From an uncultured Lutibacter sp. (GTDB lineage: Bacteria > Bacteroidota > Bacteroidia > Flavobacteriales > Flavobacteriaceae): a stretch of 34,307 bases of DNA. The position numbers were made by a program, and so were the translations under genes. Positions 1 to 9,481 of the stretch are shown here, piece by piece. The stretch's first letter is position 1. The number at the start of each line of letters is the position of its first letter. The stretch covers positions 1 to 34,307 of the forward strand of contig CBDUAL010000001.1 in NCBI GenBank assembly GCA_965365125.1, given 5' to 3'. The notes beneath the pieces were generated by a model. That model saw only the letters and a program-made list of their open reading frames with translations. It had not been told where the DNA came from and did no database searches.

Positions 1-2
1 CC

Positions 3-332
3 TTTTTAAAAGAACAACATAAAAATGTTCAAATTATTGGAGCACAACCAACCGATAATTCCAAAATCCCTGGGATTAGAAAATGGTCTCCAGAATTTTT
101 ACCAAAAATATTTAACCCTTCAAAAGTAGATACGGTAATTGAAGTTAGCGAAACTGAAGCGCGCTTAATGACTAAAAGACTCGCTAAAGAAGAAGGAATT
201 TTTGCAGGAATGAGTAGTGGAGGCTCGGTAACAGCCGCTTTAAAAATTGCAGAAACAATAGATTCTGGGATTATTGTAGCCATTATTTGCGACCGTGGAG
301 ACCGCTATTTATCATCTGATTTATTTGAATAA
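3..332 (+). CDS. cysM: Cysteine synthase B, C-terminal part (5' truncated by window edge)
   Basis: Manual translation from nt 3: FLKEQHKNVQIIGAQP...IPGIRKW...LAKEEGIFAGMSSGG...AIICDRGDRYLSSDLFE*, stop TAA at 330-332. IPGIRKW and CDRGDRYLS are typical CysM motifs. Confidence 0.9.
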   Translation, partial: FLKEQHKNVQIIGAQPTDNSKIPGIRKWSPEFLPKIFNPSKVDTVIEVSETEARLMTKRLAKEEGIFAGMSSGGSVTAALKIAETIDSGIIVAIICDRGDRYLSSDLFE

Positions 333-384
333 AACGTTATAGCAGTATTCTGTATTTATCATTGTTTGTGAATTGCATTTATTG

Positions 385-392
385 TACTTTTG
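385..392 (+). promoter_or_regulatory. Bacteroidota sigma-A -7 element (TACTTTTG) for degT-galE
   Basis: Matches TAnnTTTG, 27 nt before ATG 420; a TTTG lies upstream at 365-368. Confidence 0.55.
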
Positions 393-419
393 TTAGCACG
401 AATTACATAATTTCTTACC

Positions 420-1571
420 ATGAATAAAATTCAAATGGTTGACCTACAAGGTCAATACCAAAAAATTAAAGATAAAGTAGACACCAAATTACAAGAAGTT
501 TTAAACTCATCAGCTTATATTAACGGACCTGAAGTGCAAGCATTTCAGAAAGATTTAGAAGCATATCTAAACGTAAAACACGTTATACCTTGTGCCAACG
601 GAACAGACGCGTTACAAATAGCAATGATGGGCTTAGGTTTAAAACCAGGAGATGAAGTAATCACAGCCGATTTTACATTTGCAGCTACTGTTGAAGTTAT
701 TGCTCTATTAAATTTAACGCCGGTATTAGTTGATGTTGAAAAAGACACTTTTAATATGGATATTGATGCTTTGAAAAAAGCAATTACTCCAAAAACAAAA
801 GCAATTGTTCCTGTTCATTTATTTGGACAATGTGCTAATATGGAAGCTGTTCTTGAAATCGCAAAAGAATATGATTTATTTGTAATTGAAGACACCGCCC
901 AAGCTATTGGAGCAAATTATACATTTAAAGATGGAAGTAAAAAGAAAGCGGGTACTATAGGTAACGTTGGAACTACTTCATTTTTCCCTTCTAAAAACCT
1001 AGGATGTTACGGTGATGGCGGTGCAATTTTCACCAATAATGATGATTTAGCACACACAATTAGAGGAATGGTAAATCACGGAATGTACAAACGTTATTAC
1101 CATGATGTTGTTGGTGTAAACTCTCGTTTAGACAGCTTACAAGCAGCTGTTTTAAGAGTTAAACTACCTTTATTAAATGATTATTGTGATGCACGAAGAA
1201 AAGCAGCCCGTTTTTACAACAATGCTTTTAAAAATGCACAAAATATTGTTACTCCAAAAATGGGCAATGGTTGTGAGTTTATTTGCGACAATTGTGATTG
1301 CCACGTTTTTCATCAATATACCTTACAAATATTAAACGGTCAACGTAATGAATTACACCAACATTTGTTAGACAATGGTATTCCAAATGCTATTTACTAC
1401 CCAGTTCCATTACACAGTCAAAAAGCGTATGCTGATGAACGCTACAATGAGGATGACTTTAAAGTTACCAATGAATTAATTGACACGGTTATTTCATTAC
1501 CAATGCATACCGAATTAGATGAAGAACAATTAGAGTTTATAACCACAACCATCATAAATTTCATCAATTAA
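420..1571 (+). CDS. DegT/DnrJ/EryC1/StrS-family PLP-dependent nucleotide-sugar aminotransferase
   Basis: Motifs CANGTDAL, IVPVHLFGQ, IEDTAQAIGA, SFFPSKNLGCYGDGG (PLP lysine), GVNSRLD, SLPMH. Confidence 0.93.
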   Translation: MNKIQMVDLQGQYQKIKDKVDTKLQEVLNSSAYINGPEVQAFQKDLEAYLNVKHVIPCANGTDALQIAMMGLGLKPGDEVITADFTFAATVEVIALLNLTPVLVDVEKDTFNMDIDALKKAITPKTKAIVPVHLFGQCANMEAVLEIAKEYDLFVIEDTAQAIGANYTFKDGSKKKAGTIGNVGTTSFFPSKNLGCYGDGGAIFTNNDDLAHTIRGMVNHGMYKRYYHDVVGVNSRLDSLQAAVLRVKLPLLNDYCDARRKAARFYNNAFKNAQNIVTPKMGNGCEFICDNCDCHVFHQYTLQILNGQRNELHQHLLDNGIPNAIYYPVPLHSQKAYADERYNEDDFKVTNELIDTVISLPMHTELDEEQLEFITTTIINFIN

Positions 1572-1573
1572 TT

Positions 1574-2581
1574 ATGAAAAAAGTATTAGTAACAGGAGGA
1601 TTAGGTTTTATTGGTTCTCACACCGTAGTTGAATTACAAAACGAAGGATTTGAAGTTTACATTATTGATAACTTATCAAACTCTAAAATTGAAGTACTAG
1701 ACAGAATTACTTCAATTACGGGAGTTAAACCAAATTTTTTTAATATTGATTTAAGAGATAAAGCTGCTGTAAAAGATTTTTTTGCAAACAATAAAGTTGA
1801 CGGAACCATACATTTTGCGGCTTATAAAGCGGTGGGTGAAAGTGTTCAAATACCTTTAGAATATTACGAAAACAACATTGGAAGTTTAGTGTACATTTTA
1901 CAAGAAATGAAAGCAAATAACTTAAATAATTTCATTTTCAGTTCTTCTTGTACGGTTTACGGCCAGGCTGATGAATTGCCTATTACTGAAAATGCGCCAA
2001 TTAAACCCGCAGAATCTCCTTATGGAAACACCAAACAAATTGGTGAAGAAATAATTAAAGATGCTACTAAAATTTCAGCATTAAAAGCAATTGCATTGCG
2101 TTATTTTAACCCAATTGGTTCACACGAATCTGCAAAAATTGGTGAATTACCAATTGGAGTTCCTCAAAACTTAATTCCGTATGTAGTTCAAACTGCAGCT
2201 GGTTTACGCGATGAGTTATCTGTATTTGGAAGCGATTACAATACGCCTGACGGAACTGCAGTTCGTGATTATATCCATGTAGTAGATATTGCAAAAGCAC
2301 ACATTGTAGCCTTAAAAAGATTGATTGAAGATAATAACAAAGCGCAATATGAAGTGTTTAATTTAGGAACTGGTCAAGGAAATTCAGTTTTAGAAGTTAT
2401 TAAATCTTTTGAAAAAGTTACCGGAAAAAAAGTAAACTACAAATTAGTTGCCCGTAGAGAAGGAGACGTTACTGCTGCCTACGCAGATACTAATTATGCT
2501 AATAATGAATTGGGTTGGAAAACCGAATTATCATTAGATGAAGCCTTACTTTCAGCTTGGAAATGGCAACAAACTTTATAA
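1574..2581 (+). CDS. galE: UDP-glucose 4-epimerase
   Basis: TGGLGFIGSHT, HFAAYKAVGES, FSSSCTVYG, YGNTK, LRYFNPIG, DGTAVRDYIHV. Confidence 0.95.
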   Translation: MKKVLVTGGLGFIGSHTVVELQNEGFEVYIIDNLSNSKIEVLDRITSITGVKPNFFNIDLRDKAAVKDFFANNKVDGTIHFAAYKAVGESVQIPLEYYENNIGSLVYILQEMKANNLNNFIFSSSCTVYGQADELPITENAPIKPAESPYGNTKQIGEEIIKDATKISALKAIALRYFNPIGSHESAKIGELPIGVPQNLIPYVVQTAAGLRDELSVFGSDYNTPDGTAVRDYIHVVDIAKAHIVALKRLIEDNNKAQYEVFNLGTGQGNSVLEVIKSFEKVTGKKVNYKLVARREGDVTAAYADTNYANNELGWKTELSLDEALLSAWKWQQTL

Positions 2582-2619
2582 CGTTTAATTGTTAACTAAG
2601 TTAACAGCAACTACATACT

Positions 2620-2659
2620 AAAAACCTAATAAGTAAATTCAACTTATTAGGTTTTTTTT
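2620..2659 (+). terminator. Intrinsic terminator after galE
   Basis: AAAAACCTAATAAGT / ACTTATTAGGTTTTT inverted repeat followed by a T-run. Confidence 0.8.
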
Positions 2660-2720
2660 ATGGAAAATGGTCAAAAACCAAAAAATTAGTTAAAAAATAT
2701 TTTCATACCTATAAATTTCC

Positions 2721-2728
2721 TAAGTTTG
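2721..2728 (+). promoter_or_regulatory. -7 promoter element (TAAGTTTG) for the metK leader
   Basis: TAnnTTTG located just upstream of the riboswitch-like motif. Confidence 0.65.
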
Positions 2729-2740
2729 CAGTCTAAAATT

Positions 2741-2792
2741 TAAGAGGAAGAATTTGACTGATTGCAACCTCATTAAAAAATGCTAAAGCAGT
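2741..2792 (+). ncRNA. SAM-II-class riboswitch aptamer in the metK 5' UTR
   Basis: P1 GAGG (2744-47) / CCTC (2768-71); conserved TTGCAA (2762-67) and GCTAAA (2782-87); pseudoknot ACTG (2757-60) / CAGT (2789-92); lies upstream of SAM synthetase. Confidence 0.8.
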
Positions 2793-2865
2793 ATTCATTA
2801 CTTCTTTTAGCGACCGCTGTAATCAACTTTTCTTTCAATTATTTATAATTAAAATATATAAAGAT

Positions 2866-4122
2866 ATGTCATATTTATTTACATCTGAATCAGTTTCAGA
2901 AGGACATCCAGACAAAGTAGCTGATCAAATTTCAGACGCCTTAGTTGATAATTTTTTAGCTTTTGACGAAAACTCAAAAGTAGCATGTGAAACTTTAGTA
3001 ACTACTGGGCAAGTTGTTTTAGCCGGTGAAGTAAAATCTAACACCTATTTAGACGTTCAAAAAATTGCAAGAGACGTTATTAATAAAATTGGTTATACAA
3101 AAGGTGAATATATGTTTGATGGAAACTCTTGTGGAGTTTTATCTGCCATTCACGAACAATCTCAAGATATTAACCAAGGTGTAGACCGAGAGTCTAAAGA
3201 GCAGCAAGGTGCTGGTGACCAAGGAATGATGTTTGGTTACGCAACTAATGAAACTGAAAACTTTATGCCTTTGGCTTTAGATTTAAGTCATTTAATTTTA
3301 GTTGAATTAGCTGAGTTACGTAGAGAAAACAAAGACATTACATATTTACGTCCAGATTCTAAAAGTCAGGTTACCATTGAATATACCGATGATAATGTTC
3401 CTTTCAGAATAAAAGATATTGTTGTTTCAACACAGCATGATGATTTTATGGAGAATGATGAAGAAATGTTAGCTAAAATAAAAAGCGACGTTATTTCAAT
3501 TTTAATTCCAAGAGTTATTGCAAAAGTTCCTGCAGAAATTAAAGCCTTGTTTAATGACAATATTGTGTATCACGTAAATCCAACTGGTAAATTTGTTATT
3601 GGTGGACCACACGGAGATACAGGTTTAACAGGAAGAAAAATTATAGTTGATACCTACGGTGGAAAAGGAGCGCACGGTGGGGGTGCTTTTTCAGGAAAAG
3701 ATCCAAGTAAGGTTGACAGAAGTGCAGCTTATGCCACACGTCATATTGCAAAAAACCTAGTAGCTGCTGGTGTTGCCGATGAAATTTTAATTCAGGTTTC
3801 TTACGCTATTGGTGTTGTTGAACCAATGGGAATTTACGTAAATACAAACGGATCGTCTAATGTTGATTTAGCCGATGGTGAAATTGCTGAAATTGTTTCA
3901 ACAATTTTTGATATGAGACCAGCATCTATTGAAAGTCGTTTAAAATTACGCCAACCAATGTATGCTGAAACGGCTGCATACGGACATATGGGGCGTAAAA
4001 ACGAAACTGTAAATAAATCATTTAAAAATGTTGATGGAACTGAAATTTCTGTTGATGTGGAATTATTTACTTGGGAAAAGTTAGATTACGTAAACAAGGT
4101 GAAAGAAGCTTTTAACTTGTAA
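2866..4122 (+). CDS. metK: S-adenosylmethionine synthetase
   Basis: [60 protein letters not shown]. Confidence 0.98.
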   Translation: MSYLFTSESVSEGHPDKVADQISDALVDNFLAFDENSKVACETLVTTGQVVLAGEVKSNTYLDVQKIARDVINKIGYTKGEYMFDGNSCGVLSAIHEQSQDINQGVDRESKEQQGAGDQGMMFGYATNETENFMPLALDLSHLILVELAELRRENKDITYLRPDSKSQVTIEYTDDNVPFRIKDIVVSTQHDDFMENDEEMLAKIKSDVISILIPRVIAKVPAEIKALFNDNIVYHVNPTGKFVIGGPHGDTGLTGRKIIVDTYGGKGAHGGGAFSGKDPSKVDRSAAYATRHIAKNLVAAGVADEILIQVSYAIGVVEPMGIYVNTNGSSNVDLADGEIAEIVSTIFDMRPASIESRLKLRQPMYAETAAYGHMGRKNETVNKSFKNVDGTEISVDVELFTWEKLDYVNKVKEAFNL

Positions 4123-4141
4123 TTAGCTTTATATACGCTAT

Positions 4142-4278
4142 AAAAAGGCTGTGTAAAAAATATCAAAACCCGTCATTCTGAATTTATTTCAGAATCTCAT
4201 CATATTGATCGTTAATCTTTATGAGAACCTGAAATAAATTCAGAATGACGAAAAATTTACTTTTTACACAGCCTTTTT
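4142..4278. repeat. Nested palindromic element: perfect 18-bp outer inverted repeat enclosing an inverted pair of CGTC-tagged REP-like palindromes; probably also a bidirectional terminator
   Basis: AAAAAGGCTGTGTAAAAA (4142-59) / TTTTTACACAGCCTTTTT (4261-78); inner CGTCATTCTGAATTTATTTCAG (4171-92) / CTGAAATAAATTCAGAATGACG (4229-50); sits between convergent genes. Confidence 0.8.
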
Positions 4279-4298
4279 CAAATTCAATACACTTCAAC

Positions 4299-6971
4299 CT
4301 AAAGATTATATTTTACCGAAAACAACCATAACCTTGGTTGAATATAATACAACGAAGTTGAGTTACTATCTGAAAGTTCATTATAACTATCGGTATTTAT
4401 AGATTGATTATCTGTAATATTATTAGCTGATAATTTAAATTCCCACTTACTATTTTGCTTCTGAAAATACAAATTAGCATTTAAAAATGAATACTCATTT
4501 TTGTAGGTCTGCTCTTCATTTTTATAATTGTAATAACTATAGTCTGCAGTTAAAATAAAACTCTTTAAAAAGGCTATTTCCATATTAGCAAAAGGCCTAT
4601 TTGTGGTACTACCTGTTTCAGCATATTTTGCAAACGACAAATTATAACCTACTTCAAAATTAGGCGCATTCTTAAACTTTGTTGCCACACTTGCTTGGTA
4701 ACTGTGTGAGAAATTTTTAGATTTCACCCATTCATTATTAACAATATTATTGAATATTGAATTGTTAAAATTGGCTCTAAAATTGGTTTTTAACTTACTA
4801 TAGGTTTTCCCGTATCTAAAATTACCAGCGAAAGTTTCATCTGCAAAGGCAGAATTTATAGGAAATGAAACTCTATCAACACCTATTTGCTCAGTACTAT
4901 TTTTAATACCATTTACCTTTTTTGTATAGGTTAATGATGCATTTATATTGGTAAAAGAAAACATACTAAAACTAAAATAGCTTAATGAATATCTATGATT
5001 TAAAGAATTTTCTAAATCTCTATTACCTCTACTCATAGATCTATAATTACTATACACATACCCTTCAGCAGCTTTATTTATATCTGAAAATTGAGATGTA
5101 ATTGAATAATTAAATCGTAAACTTTCTGAAGATTTAAATTGTAAACGCGCATATACATCAGGCAATAGTAACGTTAAATTTTCTTTATCAACAGACCCTA
5201 ATTGATTGTCTTTAATAGAATACTGATGCAAAACAACACCCGGATCAAAGGTAAAAATACCCGTAATCATTCTGTAATGCGCTGCTAAAAACACATCGGT
5301 AAAATTAAACTTTACATCATTATTTAAATTCTCCTGATCGAACTCAATGCTAGAACCATCTGCTAAATTTTGAGTAATTTTTGATGTTAGTTTTTGAGAA
5401 CTAAGCGTTGAACCCAACGTAAAATTAATATTACTTTTAGCATTTAACAAATAGTAATAAGAAACTTGTCCGTCAAATTTACTTGTGCTTAATTTTTTAT
5501 TCTGAAGTAAATCATAAACATCTTCAGGTACCGTTGGCACAAATGAAAATGGTTGCGAATCGGCTACCGAATTAAATAAGGGCTTATCATTTTGGTATGC
5601 ATATTGCAATTCAGCTGAAAAAATATTTTTTTCATTTATATTATAATATACATTGAAATTTTGATTGATGGATGCAGGTTTTTCTTCCTTATATGTATCA
5701 GCACTTCTTTGGGTTGAAGTCACATCGTTCATTTCTGATTGTTCTGAAATCTTACCAAAAATATCATAATCTATATGCAAATTATCATTTGGTTTATAGG
5801 TTGTACTAAACTTTACCATGGCTAATTGACTTTCTTGTACAGATGATGATTCACTTTCATCAACCAAACCTGTTTCATTATAAACGGTTTGCGCTTCGGT
5901 AAACATTTGTGTTTCTGAATTGTTTGCAATAGCAAACCCATTTAAATCTAGACCTTGTTTAGGTGCAACACTAAAATTTAACGCCCCAAAATTAGACGTA
6001 ATTTCTACCGCTCTATTGTTTTGAGCTGTTAAAAACCCCAACCCATCAGATTGCACATTAAAACTAGTTCCGTTGCCACTTAAAGCACTACGTAAACCAC
6101 CTGTAAACCTAAAATAATCACGACGTGTAAAAGGTGCTTCACCAATATTATTAAAATCGGCCAATAGGTTTACACTTTTATCTGGACTGTAATAAAACAA
6201 CTTTGGTTTTGCTAAATATTTAGTATTTTCATCACTTGCTCCTGCTCCTGCGTTTACTTCTCCAAACCAAAATTTATCTTTTCCTTTTTTCAACTTTATA
6301 TTAATGGCAATATTATCTTCGTTATTGGTAACACCTCGCATTCCAGCAACTTCATTATAATTTCTTAAAACTTGCACTTTATCAACTGCATTTGCAGGAA
6401 TATTTTGTGTCGCCAATTTTGAATCTCCATCAAAAAATTCCTTTCCTTCCACTAAAACTTTGTTTACCTTTTTTCCTTCAACCTCTATTTCACCGTTATC
6501 ATCAATATCAACTCCAGGTAATTTTTCTAATACATCTTCTAACTTTTTTTCAGTTCCGTTAGTAAAGGAATCGGTATTGTATGAAATGGTGTCTCCTGAA
6601 ATTTTAACAGGCATTTCGTAAGTAATTTCAACCTCAGCTAAAGACTGGTTCGATTCCTTTAAAACAATATTTTTAATCATATCTTCGGAAGAATCCCTTA
6701 TTAAAATATCAATACTTTGTGCATCAAAACCTAAATAACTTGTTCTTAAAGTATATGCTTGCTCTTGTTCTAAACTTAACTTATAATGCCCTTTAGAATC
6801 GGTAATTGAGTACGACTGCAGAAATTTAGTTCCTTTTTTAAAGGCAATTACGTTGGCCATTTCTAACGGATTTCCAAGTGAATCCTTTACTGTTCCTTCA
6901 ACTTTTATATTTTGAGAAAACCCAAAAAACGGAAGTATAATTAAAAGAAAAAAACTGATACTATTTTTCAT
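4299..6971 (-). CDS. Outer-membrane beta-barrel / TonB-dependent-receptor-like protein with N-terminal carboxypeptidase-regulatory-like domain (GLPGLI-associated type)
   Basis: Signal peptide; VEGTVKDS...ANV...SYLGF domain; plug-like DTISYN...LEDVLEKLPGV...VEGKEFF; C-terminal beta strand FSVKYNL. Confidence 0.8.
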   Translation of the reverse strand: MKNSISFFLLIILPFFGFSQNIKVEGTVKDSLGNPLEMANVIAFKKGTKFLQSYSITDSKGHYKLSLEQEQAYTLRTSYLGFDAQSIDILIRDSSEDMIKNIVLKESNQSLAEVEITYEMPVKISGDTISYNTDSFTNGTEKKLEDVLEKLPGVDIDDNGEIEVEGKKVNKVLVEGKEFFDGDSKLATQNIPANAVDKVQVLRNYNEVAGMRGVTNNEDNIAINIKLKKGKDKFWFGEVNAGAGASDENTKYLAKPKLFYYSPDKSVNLLADFNNIGEAPFTRRDYFRFTGGLRSALSGNGTSFNVQSDGLGFLTAQNNRAVEITSNFGALNFSVAPKQGLDLNGFAIANNSETQMFTEAQTVYNETGLVDESESSSVQESQLAMVKFSTTYKPNDNLHIDYDIFGKISEQSEMNDVTSTQRSADTYKEEKPASINQNFNVYYNINEKNIFSAELQYAYQNDKPLFNSVADSQPFSFVPTVPEDVYDLLQNKKLSTSKFDGQVSYYYLLNAKSNINFTLGSTLSSQKLTSKITQNLADGSSIEFDQENLNNDVKFNFTDVFLAAHYRMITGIFTFDPGVVLHQYSIKDNQLGSVDKENLTLLLPDVYARLQFKSSESLRFNYSITSQFSDINKAAEGYVYSNYRSMSRGNRDLENSLNHRYSLSYFSFSMFSFTNINASLTYTKKVNGIKNSTEQIGVDRVSFPINSAFADETFAGNFRYGKTYSKLKTNFRANFNNSIFNNIVNNEWVKSKNFSHSYQASVATKFKNAPNFEVGYNLSFAKYAETGSTTNRPFANMEIAFLKSFILTADYSYYNYKNEEQTYKNEYSFLNANLYFQKQNSKWEFKLSANNITDNQSINTDSYNELSDSNSTSLYYIQPRLWLFSVKYNL

Positions 6972-7021
6972 TTTTAGATAATTATTGATGATTAAAATAA
7001 GTCGTTGAAAAAATAATATTA

Positions 7022-7894
7022 CTATCCTCTATGGCCACCTCTACCACTTTTTTGACGTTCATTTTGAAAGCGCTCTCTCATTTCTTCAGTTTTCTCCTTT
7101 ACAATTTTATCATATTCTTGTTGTGTTACTACTTTTCCTTTAGATGGTTCCGAAATAGCAGCTTTTTCTTTTGGGTTCAAGACTATTTTAGTACACAGTA
7201 TTTTTGTATCTCCTGCATCAATTTCTAAAATTAAACCTGGTAAGCCCCAATAATCAGCAGGGCCGTTGCTTACAGGAATATCCATTGTATACCAAGCAGT
7301 AACAATAATAACCTCCATTACATTTTCTAACTCTTTTGCTTTCTTTTCTTCTGCTTCTCTTTCCTCAGGAGATCTTCTTCCAAATTTCATTTCAGGTTTA
7401 GCTTGTCTTTCAATAGTAGTAGTTGCTTTAAAACATAAATAATTCCCAATCATTTTTGTTTCCTGCTCCATTTTCCAATCATAAGCAACCAAATCATCTT
7501 TCACTAAAAAGTTTTTCCCGCTAAACTCATTTTCTTTGGTAGATATTTTTGTTTGAATATTCTTATAATAATCTCCTGAAGCTCCACCTCCAAACATCAT
7601 CATTCGCATTCCTCCTCTTCCACCTCCAGAACCGCTTACTTGTGCTAATTGCTCCTCTTGTTTATAAATAGAAGCTGTTTTATCAAAGGTAAATTCATAA
7701 GTTCTTTCTAAATTATTTTTCATGCGTTCCTTAATCATTTTAATACGATCGCCCGGCATACCTGTACCAGAAAGATCAATATCCAAAGTAGTTTTAGAAA
7801 AATAGATTGCCTTTCCTTGAAAATCTTGGGCACTGAGTGTAACAGTACATAAGAGTAAAATAGCTGTAGTACTTTTTAAAAGATAATTTTTCAT
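7022..7894 (-). CDS. GLPGLI family protein (exported)
   Basis: Signal peptide; ETKMIGNYLCFKAT; AWYTMDIPVSNGPADYWGLPGLILE. Confidence 0.93.
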   Translation of the reverse strand: MKNYLLKSTTAILLLCTVTLSAQDFQGKAIYFSKTTLDIDLSGTGMPGDRIKMIKERMKNNLERTYEFTFDKTASIYKQEEQLAQVSGSGGGRGGMRMMMFGGGASGDYYKNIQTKISTKENEFSGKNFLVKDDLVAYDWKMEQETKMIGNYLCFKATTTIERQAKPEMKFGRRSPEEREAEEKKAKELENVMEVIIVTAWYTMDIPVSNGPADYWGLPGLILEIDAGDTKILCTKIVLNPKEKAAISEPSKGKVVTQQEYDKIVKEKTEEMRERFQNERQKSGRGGHRG

Positions 7895-7924
7895 TTTTAA
7901 GGTGTATTTTGTTTAATTGTTAAA

Positions 7925-7932
7925 CAAATATA
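7925..7932 (-). promoter_or_regulatory. -7 element (TATATTTG) for the GLPGLI-barrel operon
   Basis: Reverse complement of CAAATATA, 30 nt upstream of ATG 7894. Confidence 0.6.
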
Positions 7933-7954
7933 GAAAGTCTTTGTATAAATAGCC

Positions 7955-7979
7955 GTTAATAAGTGTTAACGACTGTTAA
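7955..7979. promoter_or_regulatory. Triple direct repeat GTTAA-N5-GTTAA-N5-GTTAA, candidate OmpR-family response-regulator site
   Basis: GTTAA at 7955, 7965 and 7975, exact 10-bp period, between two divergent promoters. Confidence 0.6.
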
Positions 7980-8007
7980 GCGTTTGGGATTATACAATTT
8001 ATGTACT

Positions 8008-8015
8008 TAACTTTG
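8008..8015 (+). promoter_or_regulatory. -7 element (TAACTTTG) for the two-component operon
   Basis: TAnnTTTG with TTTG at 7983-86; only 5 nt before ATG 8021. Confidence 0.6.
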
Positions 8016-8020
8016 AGCTT

Positions 8021-9481
8021 ATGAACAAGCAAAATTATAAATGGGTTGTTTATTTTATTGGAATAACCATTGCAACAACCATTGCTGTACAAGTATATTG
8101 GAACTTTAGAGAATACCAAATTAACAAGCAGCACCTTATAAGTAAAGTGCAATTGAGTTTAGATAACTCTGTGGAAGCCTATTTTGCAAATTTAACCAAG
8201 TCGGGTATAATTACATATAATTCAAAAAATGCTAAAAGTAAAACTGACACCATCATTGTAAGCACAACTTCTAGGCATCATTTTAGAAGAAAAATTGATA
8301 GTACTCTTCAAAATTTAGCAAAAAATGATAGCTTAGGAAAACCCATAATTATTAAAAATTTCAGAAATGAATCGTATCCTTTTTTTACACCCAATGAAGA
8401 TTTCCCAAAACATTTAGATAGTTTAATTTCAAAAGTAGTTGTTTCTATTTCTCGTGACACTTTAGATCTGGTAAAACTAAATTCGTATTTAGAAAAAGAA
8501 TTTGAACGAAACAATATTGAGGTAACTTATGGGTTGAAATTTAATTACGGCTACCGAACTATTAACGATAGTATTGTAAAAAAAACAAAAAAATTTAACC
8601 TAGCCAACATTCCAAAAAAGCACTTAACAGCAACCTCTAAATCTACTTTTTTACACAGAAACAAGTTAGAATTGTATTTTTCTAATGAAACAGCAACGCT
8701 ATTAAAAGCCTCACTTGTTAGCGTTTTATTATCATTACTACTTTCAATAAGTATTATTGCAAGTTTGGTTTATTTACTAAAAACAATTTATAAACAAAAA
8801 CAATTAGCTGAAGTTAAAAACGATTTAATAAATAATATTACCCACGAATTAAAAACACCAATTGCAACCATTTCAACAGTGCTAGAAGCGCTCAAAAGCT
8901 TTAATGCTTTAGATGATAAAGAAAAATCTGAAAAATACCTTTCAATGGCTAATTTACAGTTAATGAAATTGAATGAAATGGTAGAAAAAATACTAGAGAC
9001 TGCGACCATAAATCAAGAAAACTTAGCGATTACAAAGCTTCCTACAAATATTGGTGAATTACTGGAACAAGTTATTGATAAGTTTAAATTAATTGCAGCC
9101 GACAAAACCATTAGCTTTAAAAACAATGTTAAAAAAACAATACTTAACTTAGATAAATTTCATTTTGAAAATGCCATTGGAAATATTATTGATAATGCCA
9201 TTAAATATGGAGGTGGTGAAATCTCTGTTGAATTAACTTCAGAAAAAAATAAGCTACACATTTTAATTAAAGATAACGGAAAAGGGATTCCTAAGAACGA
9301 AAAAGAGACTATTTTTAAACAGTTTTACAGAATTCCAACAGGTAATACCCACAATGTAAAAGGCTTTGGAATTGGACTGTTTTATACCAAAAGCATTATT
9401 GAAAAACACGGTGGAACTATGCAAGTAGTTTACGATAAAAATAATAACACCATATTTAAAATTACCCTACCTAATGAATAA
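8021..9481 (+). CDS. Sensor histidine kinase (two TM segments, periplasmic sensor)
   Basis: H-box NNITHELKTPI, N-box NIIDNAIKY, G-boxes DNGKGI and GFGIGL. Confidence 0.95.
   Translation: MNKQNYKWVVYFIGITIATTIAVQVYWNFREYQINKQHLISKVQLSLDNSVEAYFANLTKSGIITYNSKNAKSKTDTIIVSTTSRHHFRRKIDSTLQNLAKNDSLGKPIIIKNFRNESYPFFTPNEDFPKHLDSLISKVVVSISRDTLDLVKLNSYLEKEFERNNIEVTYGLKFNYGYRTINDSIVKKTKKFNLANIPKKHLTATSKSTFLHRNKLELYFSNETATLLKASLVSVLLSLLLSISIIASLVYLLKTIYKQKQLAEVKNDLINNITHELKTPIATISTVLEALKSFNALDDKEKSEKYLSMANLQLMKLNEMVEKILETATINQENLAITKLPTNIGELLEQVIDKFKLIAADKTISFKNNVKKTILNLDKFHFENAIGNIIDNAIKYGGGEISVELTSEKNKLHILIKDNGKGIPKNEKETIFKQFYRIPTGNTHNVKGFGIGLFYTKSIIEKHGGTMQVVYDKNNNTIFKITLPNE

Noticed and set aside
29-283. 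84-aa minus-strand ORF
   Set aside because: Antisense shadow of the cysM C-terminus on the plus strand.
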